Positions 34,719 through 48,023 of a stretch of 64,000 nt of DNA are shown here, piece after piece. The notes below the pieces were generated by a model. The model ran no database searches, was not told the origin of the DNA, and worked only from the letters and a program-made list of their open reading frames with translations. The first letter of the stretch is position 1, and the number at the start of each line of letters is the position of its first letter. The position numbers and the translations under genes were made by a program. The DNA comes from Octopus vulgaris (lineage: Eukaryota): the NCBI GenBank assembly GCA_951406725.2, contig OX597822.1, positions 91,450,001 through 91,514,000 on the forward strand. Reading direction: 5' to 3'.

Positions 34719-35064
34719 TGGGTACATATTGGTATATAAGTGTCCTATGGGTTTCTATGTATGTATGTATATGTGGCTGTGCTTGTATATGTGTGTACTT
34801 GCATATATTTGTATTTATGTGTGTACACACAACCCATGCCAAAATGGAAAATGGACGTTAAATGATGAAGAAAACAATATATATGTATATATTGCCAAGG
34901 TGTACCTTGCACCTTCACCACTGCTGGAGGCTATCTGTTGTTAAAGAAATCCTTCCTTCCCTCCCTTCCTCAAATGTATCTGCTCAAACCTCAAAGTCCC
35001 CTCAATGGTGCAAAGTCCCCTAATGGTGCAAAGTCGCCTCTATGGTGCAACGTCTCCTCTCGAC

Positions 35065-36157
35065 CCAAAATAACGTGGTGGTGAAACAATGTTGTTGACA
35101 GGGCTATTAGAGAAAAGAAACAGGCTTAGAAGGCCTGGAAGAACGGTGGTAGCAGGAAATTGTATCAGACTGCGAGAAGGGAAGCTAGGAGACAAGTTTA
35201 TTTAGCCAGAGGGGAAGCAAATAAGAAAGAATTTGCCAATATTTTGCGCCGTGAGGACCAAAGACTTGAGGTATTTTGTGTTGCAAGACAGTGTGTGAGA
35301 GAGAATGATGATGTTGTAGGAGAGAAATGTGTTCTCATGGATGATGGTTCACTTGCGCTAAATGAGGATGCAAAGAGAGAGGTTTGGAGACGCCACTATG
35401 AAAGGTTGCTCAATAAAGAAAATGAATGGGAGAAAGAGAGTCTGCCGAATGTCGACCCCATACAGGGACCAGCTATCCGAGTTGACAGTACCTTGGTAGA
35501 TAAAGCTATTAAGAGTATGAAGATGGAAAGCCCCTGGCCCATCAGGAATCACTGCAGAGATGCTCAAAACATCTGGCAGTGTTGGCTATAGCCTATCACC
35601 CGTATAGTTAACCAGGCGATACACAAAGGAGTCATACCCGATAACTGGTGTAGCAGCATAATAGTCAACTGCTACAAAGGTAAATGTGACGCTTTAGATA
35701 CAAATAATTACAGAGGTATCAAGTTGTTGGATCAGGTAATGAAGGTCATGGAGAGGGTCAGTTTAGATGAGATGTAGTTGGGTTTGTGCCAGGGAAAAGC
35801 ACCATTGATGCTATATTTCTGGTAAGACAGCTGCAGGAAAAATACCTAGCCAAAGATAAACCTCTGTACCTGGCTTTCATTGACATGGAGAAAGCCTTTG
35901 ACAGAGTCCCCCAATCCCTTATCTGGTGGTCAATGAGGAAACTAGGGATAGATGAATGGTTAGTGAGAGCCGTACAAGCCATGTACAGGGATGCTGTCAG
36001 TAAAGTGAGTGTTGGCAACAAGCACAGTGAAGAATTCCGGGTAGAGGTAAGAGTCCACCAAGGTTCAGTCCTTAGCTCCCTCTTATTTCTCATAGTCTTC
36101 CTGGCAATAATGGAGGAATTCAAGACAGGATGTCCCTGGGAGCTCCTCAATGCTGAC
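35065..36157 (+). mobile_element. RTE-clade LINE fragment (same family as 11040..12310)
   Basis: [40 protein letters not shown] (degenerate YADD). Confidence 0.92.
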
Positions 36158-39100
36158 AAAGGAAAACAAAATTTGAATTTTTGTTTGAAGCAACTTAAAT
36201 AATGTAAGTATTATTAATATCACATACTTACATACTTAATGTATGTGCCTACTTGAATGTTGTGAAGCTGTCTTCAACCAGGATAAACATCAAAAACACA
36301 GTATACCTCAAGCTAGGCAAAACAAACACTTCTGGGACAGATTTGTTCCATCTAGCTTAATAAATTTAGGTCTGTTGTGGTACACACACACATACAAATA
36401 TATATACTACAACAGACCTTAATTGTGGGAGCAAAAACCAGAACCTGAGGAAAATGGTGCTAGTGTTTGTTGATGACAGGTATTTATTGAAGTCTATTGA
36501 CTTCAATAAATATTATTGCTGTAAGGAGCATAATGTTTACAACCTTGCTCTTTATCTGAGTGTGTAGAAGAGAGAGAAAGTGGTGGTGGTGACAAGTCAA
36601 CATTTTTACTTGCCCTGAAATCCTAGGAACAACATTTTTCCTTCCTTTCCTCATTCAAACAAGGAGCAAAGCTCAAATTACACAGTGTAACAAAATTTTT
36701 TTTTTCTTTTTTGTTTCTTTTTTGGTAGTAAGTGTTATTTCCTATTTATTTCTATCTAGAAATCAAAGGGAATGACTATTATTTCCTTCAAACTTTGTTT
36801 TTATGACCTGGACATTAATGTTTTGAAACTGACCTATTTTTCATTACATTTCAGACAAATTCAGTGTTGAGTTGTTGTATTGTTGTAGCAAATATTCTTC
36901 CCAGTACCACAGATTTGATTGTCAGTTGCTTGACCTTAACCACTTTAGTATGGTCCCTTAGTGGCTGACAATATGTGCATCTCTGATGAGCCATGTGTTG
37001 AAAGGGATTCATCAGGGCTTGAAGGAAATATTAGCCATTTTTCTAGGGGTAAGCAAATAGGAAATATCAGTTGTTACCCAAGGACAAAAATCGTGTTACA
37101 CAGTGTTATTAGACTATATACTCCATTCCTCATGACATTTAACCAAATACATACTCTTCTAAATTGCTGTTAGTTGCTGGAATAAATAGAAATACAAGGG
37201 TAGATTGTTGTAGGCAGTTCTTTATTGCAATCAATTCTGAATTCACTTTGTTTTCATGATTACTTTTTGAAGTAGAAAGTAAGGAGCTTAGTCCCTGAGT
37301 TTGTGTTGCACTCCCTAGGAACAAATACCTGCTGGCTAAACAGTGCCACTTAGAGGCACCTGTACCACTTAGCAATACAATTATTACAGGGAATATCACT
37401 TAATTAAATTCTAATTATCTTCATGCATTCCTTTCTAAAGTTGTCAGTCATAAAAATTCAAAGTTTTATTCTTCATTTTAAATTAAATTTAATGCTATTA
37501 ATTTAAATAAATTAAATTACAAAATTTAATTAGATTAATTTTTTTAAAAACACGTTATGCTCAGTTATCACATAAAGATTTTCTGAGTGATAAATGAGCA
37601 CCTTGTGTGAATCTACATGAATACCTTAACATATTCACCTAGATCTGCTTGAATATGAGATTTAAAAAAATTATAACATTAAAATCTCATATAAAAATGC
37701 CAGTGGAATTTAAAAATAAAAATAGAGAAACTTTCACAAGCTGTTAATTGTGTAATTACCATATAATAGTAGTGAAAAAAAAAATAATGGTAGTGAAAAA
37801 AAAAATGACACACTTTGGTTAAACTTGTAACTTTTGTATATATGCTGAATCCAAATGATATGTTTAATAAAGACAATATTATTATAACAGCTTCCCAGAT
37901 TTGCTTTCAGTTGGTTTTGTAGGACTTTTAGAAAGTTACATACAAGAATAACAAGTAGATGTAGATTACTTAAACAGATGTGGATGAAGACAATTTAATT
38001 TCCCTTTTTGCATAGGTATTCATAGAAAACTGTTAATAATTTGTTTTTAAAAAGGTTATTCATGAAAGTTAAATTGAGTGAATTTTAGTACAATTAGTTC
38101 AAGAGAAAAAATAACAAAGGTACTTAGAAGCATCTCATCCTGGCCACACACGCATTGCTTCTAGTGACATTATATTCAGCAACATAGTATTGGAACTGAA
38201 ACATTATCATTGTGAAAATTTTATTACAAGCAAGAAATATTATATAAATTCACTGTATTTGTGAGTTCATAAATTCCATAAGACACAATTTACCAAACAA
38301 AGGTTTAAGTGTTTGTTATTTTTCTTGTGGAAGAAATGCACTTGCTACTTTGTTTATTAGATAAGGTTGTTTGGCATGCAGAAATTTTCAAAAAATAATA
38401 TTTTTTTTTTGTGTTTGAGAAAGATTTTAAAATATATTGAATAATTTAGTTAGAAAACTGAATCTTTGAAAAATTTATTAAAGATCATTATTTTTTAAGT
38501 AAAAAAAAAGAAAATTAAAAATACTTGAACAGATCAAAATCTTTCTCTCTATCCCAAATTAATAAGTTAGTACAGTTATAAATATTTCACTCTTCTTTTA
38601 AATTGTAATCAAGTTACTTAATAGCTGGGGTAACAGATTGCCAAGGACATTGCACGGTTTCTTTAATAAGTTGCAAAGGAGTAATAAGCTTTTAAAAAAA
38701 TCCATTTCAACTTGAAAGACAAAGGCCCAGAGTGAAAAAACAAAAACAAACAAAACAAAACAACAACAAAAAAACATTAAATGTGTGTACTGCATAGTAT
38801 TTAGATTTAAAGTGAGTAAAAAATAGTAATAAAAATATATTTCAAAATTTAATTAGGTACCTAAATGATCACAGTCTTTAATTTATGTTGAAGTGAGTTC
38901 AATAGCTGAAAAGGGGGAGCAGTGGATTGCTAGATTGACTTATGTTCCTAGCAAATAAACTCTTAATTTCTTCTAAACCTTCCACACTGTAATTGGCACT
39001 CATAGGGTAAAATGGATTTTTTTCACCAGATATTGACATTGCAAGTGAAGGATATTAAATGTTTTGACAAAAATAAATGATACTTCTATTTAAAAAAATT

Positions 39101-39279
39101 ATAAAAACATGTAAAGCAAAAACAAAAACTGACATTCTCATAGCTTTCACTTTCATTTTTCTCATTCAATTTCAAACTAAAACCCAGTTTTTGTAATATG
39201 TCCCTATAATATATCTCCTTATCTGTTGTCCATGTGGTAAATAAAAATATATCATTATTATTATTAGTAGTAATAAGAT

Positions 39280-39465
39280 GGTGAGCTGGTAAAATTGTTA
39301 GCATGCTGAGCAGAATGCTTAGTGGTATTTTGAGTTCAAATTCTGCTGAGGTTGGCTTTGCCTTTCATCCTTTTGGGGTCGATAAAGTAAGTTGGACACT
39401 AGGGATCAATGTAATCAACTTAGTCCCTCCCTGAAATTGCTGGCCTTATATCAAGATTTGAAACC
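39280..39465 (+). mobile_element. tRNA-derived SINE (family B)
   Basis: Homologous to 34448..34676, with (ATT)n tail. Confidence 0.75.
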
Positions 39466-39489
39466 ATTATTATTATTATTATTATTATA

Positions 39490-39846
39490 GATATTGCACA
39501 GTATACAATATCGTGAGGTTGTTGATTGAAGATATTGTGTCTACTGGGGGTTTGTACTGTTTGTCAAGTCCCAACAAGGACCTTAGACAGACAGTACTTT
39601 ATGCAATATGCATGCAATTCCAGGTAATGCCAACTTTTGCAATACATTTAGATTATATGGTATTTCTAAGGTTTTCAGATGTTTTTTCAGATTGGGTGGT
39701 ATTGAACCCAATGCTCCAATGACAATAGGGATAACCTTTATGTTTGACTCTCGTAGCTGCCACATGTTAGTGATCTCAATTCTCAGGTTTCCATATTTAT
39801 CAACCTTTTCTCTTTCTTTCATGATTCTATGTTGATCTCCTGGCAC

Positions 39847-39847
<1 letters not shown>
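39490..39847 (-). mobile_element. R4/Dong-like RLE non-LTR retrotransposon 3' fragment
   Basis: EKVDKYGNL..IPIVIGALGSIP..LQKLAL..ILHKVL C-terminus; flanked on both sides by (ATT)n. Confidence 0.8.
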
Positions 39848-39906
<59 letters not shown>

Positions 39907-39914
39907 AATAATAA

Positions 39915-40135
39915 TCGACGTTTAACGTCCACTTTCCATGCTAGCATGTGTTGAATGGTTTGACTGTGGGCTGGCGAACCAGATGGCTGCACCAAGCTCC
40001 AGTCTTGATCTGGCAGAGTTTCTACAGCTGGATGCCCTTCCTAACGCCAACCACTCCGAGAGTGTAGTGGGTGCTTTTACGTGCCACCAGCACGGGGGCC
40101 AGTCAAGCGATACTGGCAACGACCTCACTCGAATT
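39915..40135 (-). mobile_element. RTE-related 3' end / SINE
   Basis: Homologous to the 13505 copy. Confidence 0.8.
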
Positions 40136-40136
40136 A

Positions 40137-40146
40137 TAATAATAAT

Positions 40147-40191
<45 letters not shown>

Positions 40192-40225
40192 AATAATAAT
40201 AATGATGATGATGATGATGATGATG

Positions 40226-40271
<46 letters not shown>
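40137..40271. repeat. (AAT)n/(GAT)n compound microsatellite
   Basis: Direct reading. Confidence 0.95.
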
Positions 40272-41012
40272 GTAGTCATGAAATAGAATTCTTGTGTACT
40301 TCTGAATGAAAGAAAATTGAAAGATAACATCCAGCTATGAATTTGTTTCCTTGATAACATGAAACTATTTGTTAGCATTTGAATGCTCATTGATTTGTTA
40401 CTGGGATACATTGATGAGGAGAAGGAGGGGTTTTACAGGGAAAATGTATTAAAGACCAAAATAGATTAATAATGCAAATGGAGGAAATTAGTTTTAACAG
40501 AAAGTTAGAAGCAACTTATGAACTTGGCTTGGTGTGAGTTTTAATTTCCTTCACTATAGTTTAATTAGCTAAAAATTAGTAACCCATACTAACTAAATAT
40601 TCACATTTTGTGAATAAAATGAAATATGTCAGTTTGTTGTGATAAAAGAGAAAAATCTGTCAAACTTCTTTCCTCCCACATAAAGAAGAGTATTGTTCTA
40701 TTTTGGAAACATTTTCTATTTGCGAGTCACTGACCATTTCCTAATATTCCACTGTTTTGTAGATAATAAACTACATTGGCATCATTCTTAGTTTGTCTTT
40801 TAAAGTATGCTTATTTCTTACACAATAAATAAAAAAACAAACATTAGAAAAGGTGTTGTTTCTTTTATGACACTTCTATTTCAACAGGCATTTACTACAA
40901 TATATATATATATATGCATGTTCAGCAAGCTCCTTTATAGCAATTTAAGTTTTTTTACTATCTCAATTTTAAGGTTTTGGCCTATTTTCAGTTTTGATTA
41001 TTGATTCTATGT

Positions 41013-42557
41013 GTTACTTTAGCTCTAAACCATTTTTTATGAGAGAAAGTATAACTAGTTGTTATATCAGTTCTGGTTTTATCAATCACAGAATGGCAAT
41101 AGGCAAAGTTGATCATAGTGGAATATGAAATTAAAATGTAGAAAGACAAAACTAAGCATTGCAAAGTAGTTCATCTCTCACTACTGTTTCTGTTGGCATG
41201 TTATTCTGTTCTTTTTTGAAATATTTTGTTTAAGATTGTTAGTCTAAATTTGTTTGTTGTAAATCTTTTTCAGTAGATACAGCAGATGCTTTTGAAACCC
41301 AGTGTCATTGAAGTAAAACTTCAATGTCAAGAAAGAGTAATTAAAACATTATTGTATGGTAACACTCTTTCAATTTCAATCCTGAGTATCATACAACTTA
41401 AATTCTGTTGAAGTGTAGGTGTTTCAACACATTTTTATTGACTTTTAGCTGTTTAACAACCCTCAACAATATTATACTCAGTTCTGTGTATACCGTGCAA
41501 CACTCTATTGTATGTCAAGTTCATAAAAAATATGTTTCTGATAGTTTAAAGTTCACTCTTTTGCCTTTCAATTTCCTTGCAGAATTTTGTTTAAAATATT
41601 AAAATACAGTTAGAATATTTTGTTATTGTTATTATAATCAAATATCAATATTATTATGAATAAATAACAAAAATATATTTCATTGACACCTTCCCAATTT
41701 CACTGCACTCTAGGCTTTATAACTATGGCAGAAGATGATATTTTCCAACAGATACACAGTGTCTAATATAGTGTGAAAGAAAAATGAGATATATCACAAA
41801 GGTATTTGTGATATCATATCTGTGAATGAAGACTTAGTGTCCGCTCTCAAGGGGTTCATTTTTATTTTTATGGTGGTTGCCAGATTTTTATTATTGATTA
41901 AAATAAACCTTCATATTTAAAAAGTGGGAGGGAAATGTAAATAAACTGAAGTAGCAAGTAGTAATTGAAACCCTGTTGAAAACTGCTCATCAAAAAGCTA
42001 GTTTTACTTCAACCTGGTGTCAAAGACTTGCTAGGTTGAAAAGTGGAATACATTATTTTGTTGTGTGGAAGAGAAGTCAAATGTTTCCCTCCCTGATGAA
42101 TGGCTTTGTACGAAATGTTAGACTTCTCTTTTTCTATCAGGCAAAATAATTTTTGTATATGTCATCACAGGCCATCTATAATTTCCTTAGATTCTACTGT
42201 ATTACTTTAATATATATTTAGTTTCTTACTTTAGCTCTAAACCATTTTTTTTCATGAGTTGTTATATTGGTTCTGGTTTTATCAATCCCAGAAGAGTAAT
42301 AGGCAAAGTTGATCATAGTGAAATATGAAATTAGAATGTTGTAGGATGAAACTATGCACTGCAAAGTATTTCATCTCTCACTACTATTCTTTTTTTTTTT
42401 TTAATATTAAGACTAAGAATGTTGTAAATCTTTTTCAGTGGATACAGTAGGTGCTTTTGAAACCCAGTATCATTGACCTTCAACAGACTGAAGATCAAAA
42501 AAGAGTAATTAAAACATTATTGTATGGTAGCACCCTTTCAATTTCAACCCTGAGATC
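41013..42557 (+). repeat. Diverged direct duplication (about 41013-41386 and 42226-42555)
   Basis: Shared TTACTTTAGCTCTAAACCATTTTTT, AATAGGCAAAGTTGATCATAGTG, TTCATCTCTCACTACT and AAAGAGTAATTAAAACATTATTGTATGGT in the same order. Confidence 0.85.
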
Positions 42558-44212
42558 TTGCAAATAATTTAGGGATTGCATTTTTAGACTGTCTTTTAGT
42601 ATGTTTAAACCTAATTTAAGTTTTTTCTTAAGTTCCTTCAGAAGTAAGTAGAATGAGGAATTTAGGATCTCCCCCAAATAGTTTTTACAAGTAACTTGCC
42701 TGGATTAGATAGTCAAGAATGATATCTTGCATGTTTTTATAGAATAAATTTTAAAGTAAAATAAAACTGAAAAACAACTATGTATAACTTATGTTTTCTA
42801 ATTCACCAGCATTTTAATTAATAAGGTGGTGAACAGGCAGAGTTGTTCGTAGCGTTTCATCCAGCTTCAAGTTCTGTGTTCAAATGCTGCTGAAGCTGGT
42901 TTGCCTTTCGTCCTTTTGGAATTGATAAAATAAATACCAGTTGAACACTGGTGATAATGTAATTGACTTTCCCCTTCCCTCAAAATTACTGCCTTTCTAC
43001 CAAAAATTAGAATAAAAATTTATAATTATTTAAAAAATATATAAAATTTATTTTTATTAAAAAATGAATAAAATTTAGTTTTGAATATTGAATTAATTTT
43101 TAATGTATATGATATATTTATATATTGTCAACAGAATCCCTATCACTGCTGAATTATTATTTATGTGCTTTGGTAGTAATCAGTAATAGAATAAATACAG
43201 ATGGAAATATAGTTGTTCTTTAAATGTTATCTGGCATGACCACTGAGTTTTATCAAATAATTTTTTATCTGTACTCTATCTATCTTGCACACACACACAT
43301 ACACAAACACATGCACTCATTTTAATATTAATAACTTTTGATAATCATACCCACAAATTTACTGATAAATTAATTCAAGCTAATTAATCCAGCCGTTGAA
43401 CAAATTTTTTAACATATATTCTTAAATACTAATAATAATGTTGCTTGTACATAATAAAAGAAACTCTTCATTGTTATTTCAGAATTGACTGTAAAACTTT
43501 CATTCATTTTAGCAATTAAGTATTTAACATTAGATTAAAATTAAAGATTAAGATATAATTTTATCATTTTATTTTGGTTCTGTATTACAATAAATAAATC
43601 ACTTTATTTTTGTGGAATTATGTTGAAAAGTTATTTATATAATAAGTTGGAATTTGAAAGATATTGAATAAGTCAAGGAAATCTGTGAAGGAAGGAATTA
43701 GCATTAGATGTTGAACAGGATATTGGAATTGAAAACCTTCATTTGGTGGGAGGGAGTGCAACATTAGACATGAGATATAATTGGAAAAAAAAACAGTTGA
43801 AAAAAATTTCAAGATGGAAACAATTTTGAATTCAATAAATGAGGAAAGAGTTTTATACTCATATGTACAGATCTAATAAAAAATAGAAAAACCTTCATTA
43901 AATTTCCAAGTATAATGATACCCTTAATATACTTATAAAACAGGAAAATAATCAACATTAGGAGGTGTAGAAGGAAATATCTTTTCACAACATTCATTAG
44001 GTTATAAAATGTTATACTTTAAAAAATGTTAATATATCATTATGAAAAATAATTAAAAAAAAAAAGAAAAAAAAAGAAAGAAAAAACCGAAAATTCCAAA
44101 AACATCACAGTTTTCTGTTTTTAACAATTTATACTTTTGTTATTTCTTTTTGCAGATAAGTTTGCAGTACTGTTATGGTAAGCTAGTCCTGACCATTTAC
44201 TGTAATGGATTC

Positions 44213-45484
44213 TTAGTCTATTGCAGTTTCTTGTAAATCTCTCTTAGTATTCATTGATAAACCTTTGACTCCATTGAATACAGGTTGTTCCCAACAAGCA
44301 GGTTTGCTTAATGATGGTGAATGTGTTGAGGCTGGCAAGTGACTCAACTGACTACTTTTTCGTTGGGGAGGGCTGGGTTTATTTTTTTTATTGAAACCAT
44401 TACCATTCTGTTGTGTGAGTACAGGCACTCTGACAACACTGTGCTGTGAGTCACTGGAAGCTGAGCTTCCTGAGCTACAAGCACTTTCTTTTGATGGAGA
44501 ATTGTCTCTAGTATTATTTTTGGGATGTTTGTTGTCATGTTGAAGAGGTGTATTTATAGAAAAGGAAGAGCTCATTGAAGGATTACAATGCTGGGTAAGA
44601 GTGTAGTGAACTATTTGAGGGGTGCTACTAGTAGGAGCTGGTTTTACTTCATATGAGTTTTTGCTGTTTTTACGAGGGGGTGGTGGTGGTGGTGGGCTTC
44701 TCTTCGCAATTTTCGTTTCACAGTCACTTTTATTATTGGAGGGTAATGTTGGTAAAGATTTGGAGCTATTACTGAAATATGGTAAACTAAGAACTGAATG
44801 TGAAGATGAGCCAGAACAAACTGCAACATTGGTGCCATCATAATTATGTGATGAAGGTCTTACTTTCCACAAGTGGGAAGGTTTCTTTGAAATTGGTGGA
44901 GGATCTTTAGGCCACAACTCAGCAACTGCTGTTGCTGTTGACATGATTGGTTTGGGGCTATTTTTGGCAGTGGACTGAATGCAATTAGCAATGGTGAATG
45001 TTGGTTTTGGAGACGAGAAATGGACTGTGTAATCCATTTTTGTTGTAGGACTATAAGAATTATTTTTATTCAGAGTTGCTGAGTTTTCAGAAGTTAGCAT
45101 TGAACTAAAGAAATCAGCACGAGCTGAATGTATTTTGTTGATTAAATTTGCTGAAGATTCCTTTGAATTTTCTGTTGATTTTCCTGAAAACAATTCTTTG
45201 TTTGGGGAAGTAGACTCAGATATTAATGCCATCCTGCTAGTTTTCTCTGGAGCTGACACTGGTTTCATACAAGACACCTCTGTAGTTGGATTAATAGATA
45301 CACAGTCAGTGAAATTAGATTTAACAGAATTGATTTGGAGTTGGTTGGAGGATGTCTGTGACGAAGAACGAAAATTGTTCCCAATTTTGGAAGGAGTCAT
45401 TTGGTTTTCTTGTGTTTCACTGCCTACATTTTGTTTTGGTGTAGTGCTTGGTAAATATGTACATTCCCCAGATCTAGAAGTAAT
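44213..45484 (-). CDS. Terminal coding exon of a Ser/Pro-rich scaffold protein, tentatively AIP3-domain sickle-tail (KIAA1217)/SRCIN1/CG32809-like
   Basis: Open frame of about 423 codons in AT-rich DNA; polypyrimidine acceptor tttcttttcaag at 45485, phase 0; proline motifs PPPISKKP, PPPPPPRK and PSPPQRK; ends LQETAID*. The family call rests on the upstream exon only. Confidence 0.88.
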   Translation of the reverse strand: MTSRSGECTYLPSTTPKQNVGSETQENQMTPSKIGNNFRSSSQTSSNQLQINSVKSNFTDCVSINPTTEVSCMKPVSAPEKTSRMALISESTSPNKELFSGKSTENSKESSANLINKIHSARADFFSSMLTSENSATLNKNNSYSPTTKMDYTVHFSSPKPTFTIANCIQSTAKNSPKPIMSTATAVAELWPKDPPPISKKPSHLWKVRPSSHNYDGTNVAVCSGSSSHSVLSLPYFSNSSKSLPTLPSNNKSDCETKIAKRSPPPPPPPRKNSKNSYEVKPAPTSSTPQIVHYTLTQHCNPSMSSSFSINTPLQHDNKHPKNNTRDNSPSKESACSSGSSASSDSQHSVVRVPVLTQQNGNGFNKKNKPSPPQRKSSQLSHLPASTHSPSLSKPACWEQPVFNGVKGLSMNTKRDLQETAID

Positions 45485-45877
45485 CTTGAAAAGAAATTAA
45501 AAAGTGATATTTCAATAATTAATGAATTTCAAGTTTACAAAATTGATCTATGCTACAAATGCTCTTGAGAAAAGCATTGAATATCATGCAATCTCATTCC
45601 AGTGACCTATAATTTATTCAACCTTAGTAAAGGATCACTATTATGGAAATAAAGGAAATAGAAATCAAGTCTGTCATATATGTATCATAAATAAATATCT
45701 TGAAAAATCTAGATATAAAAAAAATAAAAGATGGAATCTGAGCTCAAATAATAAATTCTTCAATCTCAGTTTTGCAACATTATGTTATGTCACTCTTGCT
45801 TCATGGTCATGTCATGTTATTCTTTAGTCATAGGTCAGCTCTGAATAAACATATATGATTAAAGCATTTCAGTCATT

Positions 45878-46305
45878 ACTCTCTTTTACTCTTTTAATTG
45901 TTTCAGTCATTTGACTGCGGCCATGCTGAAGCACCACCTTTAGTCAAGCACATCGACCCCAGGACTTATTCTTTTTTGTAAGCCTAGTACTTATTCTATC
46001 GGCCTCTTTTTGCCGAACTGCTAAGTTACGGGGACGTAAACACACCAGCATTGGTTGTCAAGTGATGGGGGGGGGGACAAACACAGACACACAAATACAC
46101 ACACACACATACATATACATACACACATATATATATATACATACAACGGGCTTCTTTCAGTTTCTGTCTACCAAATCCACTCACAAGGCTTTGGTCGGCC
46201 CGAGGCTATTGTAGAAGACTCTTGCCCAAGGTACCATGCAGTGAGATTGAACCCGCAACCATGTAGTTCATAAGCAAGCTACTTACCACACAGCCACTCC
46301 TACGC
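45878..46305 (-). mobile_element. tRNA-derived SINE (family A)
   Basis: Homologous to 24468..24870. Confidence 0.88.
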
Positions 46306-47067
46306 CTATCTTATTTTCAGATGATATATCCAATGTGTCCTTCATTATCCAAGTGCCCTTCATTTGTTTTTTAAGATGGTAAGGTGTGATTTGAGGGGAA
46401 TTTGGATGTTATTAATATCACTATTAGAACATTTGGTGGTTCTCTCATTAGTCAGGTCATGTTGTTGAGTATTTTCTGTCAGTTGTACTTAGGAAGAATG
46501 ATAGCATGGAACTAGCTATCAAGCACTCAGCAAATTGAATATATATAAATCACAATGGATGTTGCTCTCCTCTTCATATTGATTAATAAAAAAAGATCTT
46601 ATTTATCAAAAGCTGTGAAACAATTCCTAAACAATTCTGTGTTTTATGATAACATAAAACATGCCTAAAACATTTAGTTTTTCTGTAAAATAATGATATT
46701 GGGGTTATCCAAATAATTTTGGCAAGTTGAAGAGTAACAACCCTGCTACCCATTTTGAAATGATTTAGCGTTATCACAAGTCAAATATTGGTGAACTTAT
46801 AACATATCTAAGCTATCTCATATATTTAACTTTTTATGTTATTTACTAGCCAACTGAAATGAGATTAACTTATGCAAATGCATTTTGTAAAAATGCTTAT
46901 TATAAAGTGGATAATTATAGAGTATGTTAGAGAAGGATTTCCAAACATGGACAACTATAGATGGTGTTTGGAGCAGGACAACCTAACAGAGAGTGCTAAA
47001 TAGTATAATAGAGTGAACCTGAGCATCTTATAAAACAGAAGTCATGCTTGGATGAAGTTATATCTAC

Positions 47068-47510
47068 ATCATCATCATCATCATCGTTTAACGTCCGTTT
47101 TCCGTGCTAGCATGGGTTGGACGGTTCGACCGGGGTCTGGGAAGCCAGGAGGCTGCATCAGGCTCCAGTCTGATCTGGCAGTGTTTCTACAGCTGGATGC
47201 CCTTCCCAATGCTAACCACTCCGTGAGTGTAGTGGGTGCTTTTTACATGCCACTGGCACAGGTGCCAGGGGAGGCTGGCAGCGGCCACGATCGGTTGGTG
47301 CTTTTTACGTGCCACTGGCACAGAAGCCAGTCAAGGCGGCGCTGGCATTGGCCAAGTTCGGATGGTGCTTTTTACGTGCCACCGGCACAGGTATCACAAC
47401 TACTATTTCCATTTGATATTTATTTCAATGTTCATGTACTTGACTCAATAGGTCTCCTCAAGCACAGCAGGTCGTTCTGCAATCCAAGGTACTTTGAATG
47501 GGCTGGGGCT
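47068..47510 (-). mobile_element. RTE-related 3' end / SINE
   Basis: Homologous to the 13505 copy. Confidence 0.85.
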
Positions 47511-47731
47511 GTAGATAATTAGGAATATACAGAAATAGTGCACATTTTAGTGACACATGTCCTTATATCAATGGTATACATTGAGTATTGAAGCAGTGTG
47601 CTAAACATTACAAGAAGATAAACTGCATTGCTATTTTATGCCATGTTTAAGTGGCAGATATGATATTTATGGACATTCTAGAATGTGTATAAGTGGGATA
47701 AACTAAATATATATCATATAATGTAACTCAC

Positions 47732-48023
47732 CTGATCATCATTGCGAGTCAAACTGTACACATTATTGCCACTACTACCGCTAGAAGTATCAGCACTGTT
47801 ATGAGATGTACTGTGGGATAGTTTCTGTTCATTCTCATGTTGTTGTTGGCCAGAACTAACTTTTGGATAATTTAGAATTATTTGTATAGATCCTGGCTTA
47901 TCATTGTTGACTACCTTCATCGGGGTTTGAGGCAATAGCGATGGACTCGAAGCTGTTATTGGGGCCTTCTGACTCAGAGGTGTTGGACTCAAGCATCTGT
48001 TGTGTTGTTGGACTGAGGCTAAC
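47732..48023 (-). CDS. Penultimate coding exon of the same gene ((R)LASVQQHNR...TRNDDQ)
   Basis: Acceptor gattccag, donor CAG|GTGAGT; 292 nt, phase-0 exit matches the exon at 45484. RLASVQ recalls, from memory, the LKRLASVQ end of the invertebrate AIP3 coiled-coil. Confidence 0.85.

Noticed and set aside
34990-35060. About three copies of a 20-nt unit AAAGTCCCCTCAATGGTGC
   Set aside because: Short minisatellite at a LINE 5' junction with no spacers or functional evidence
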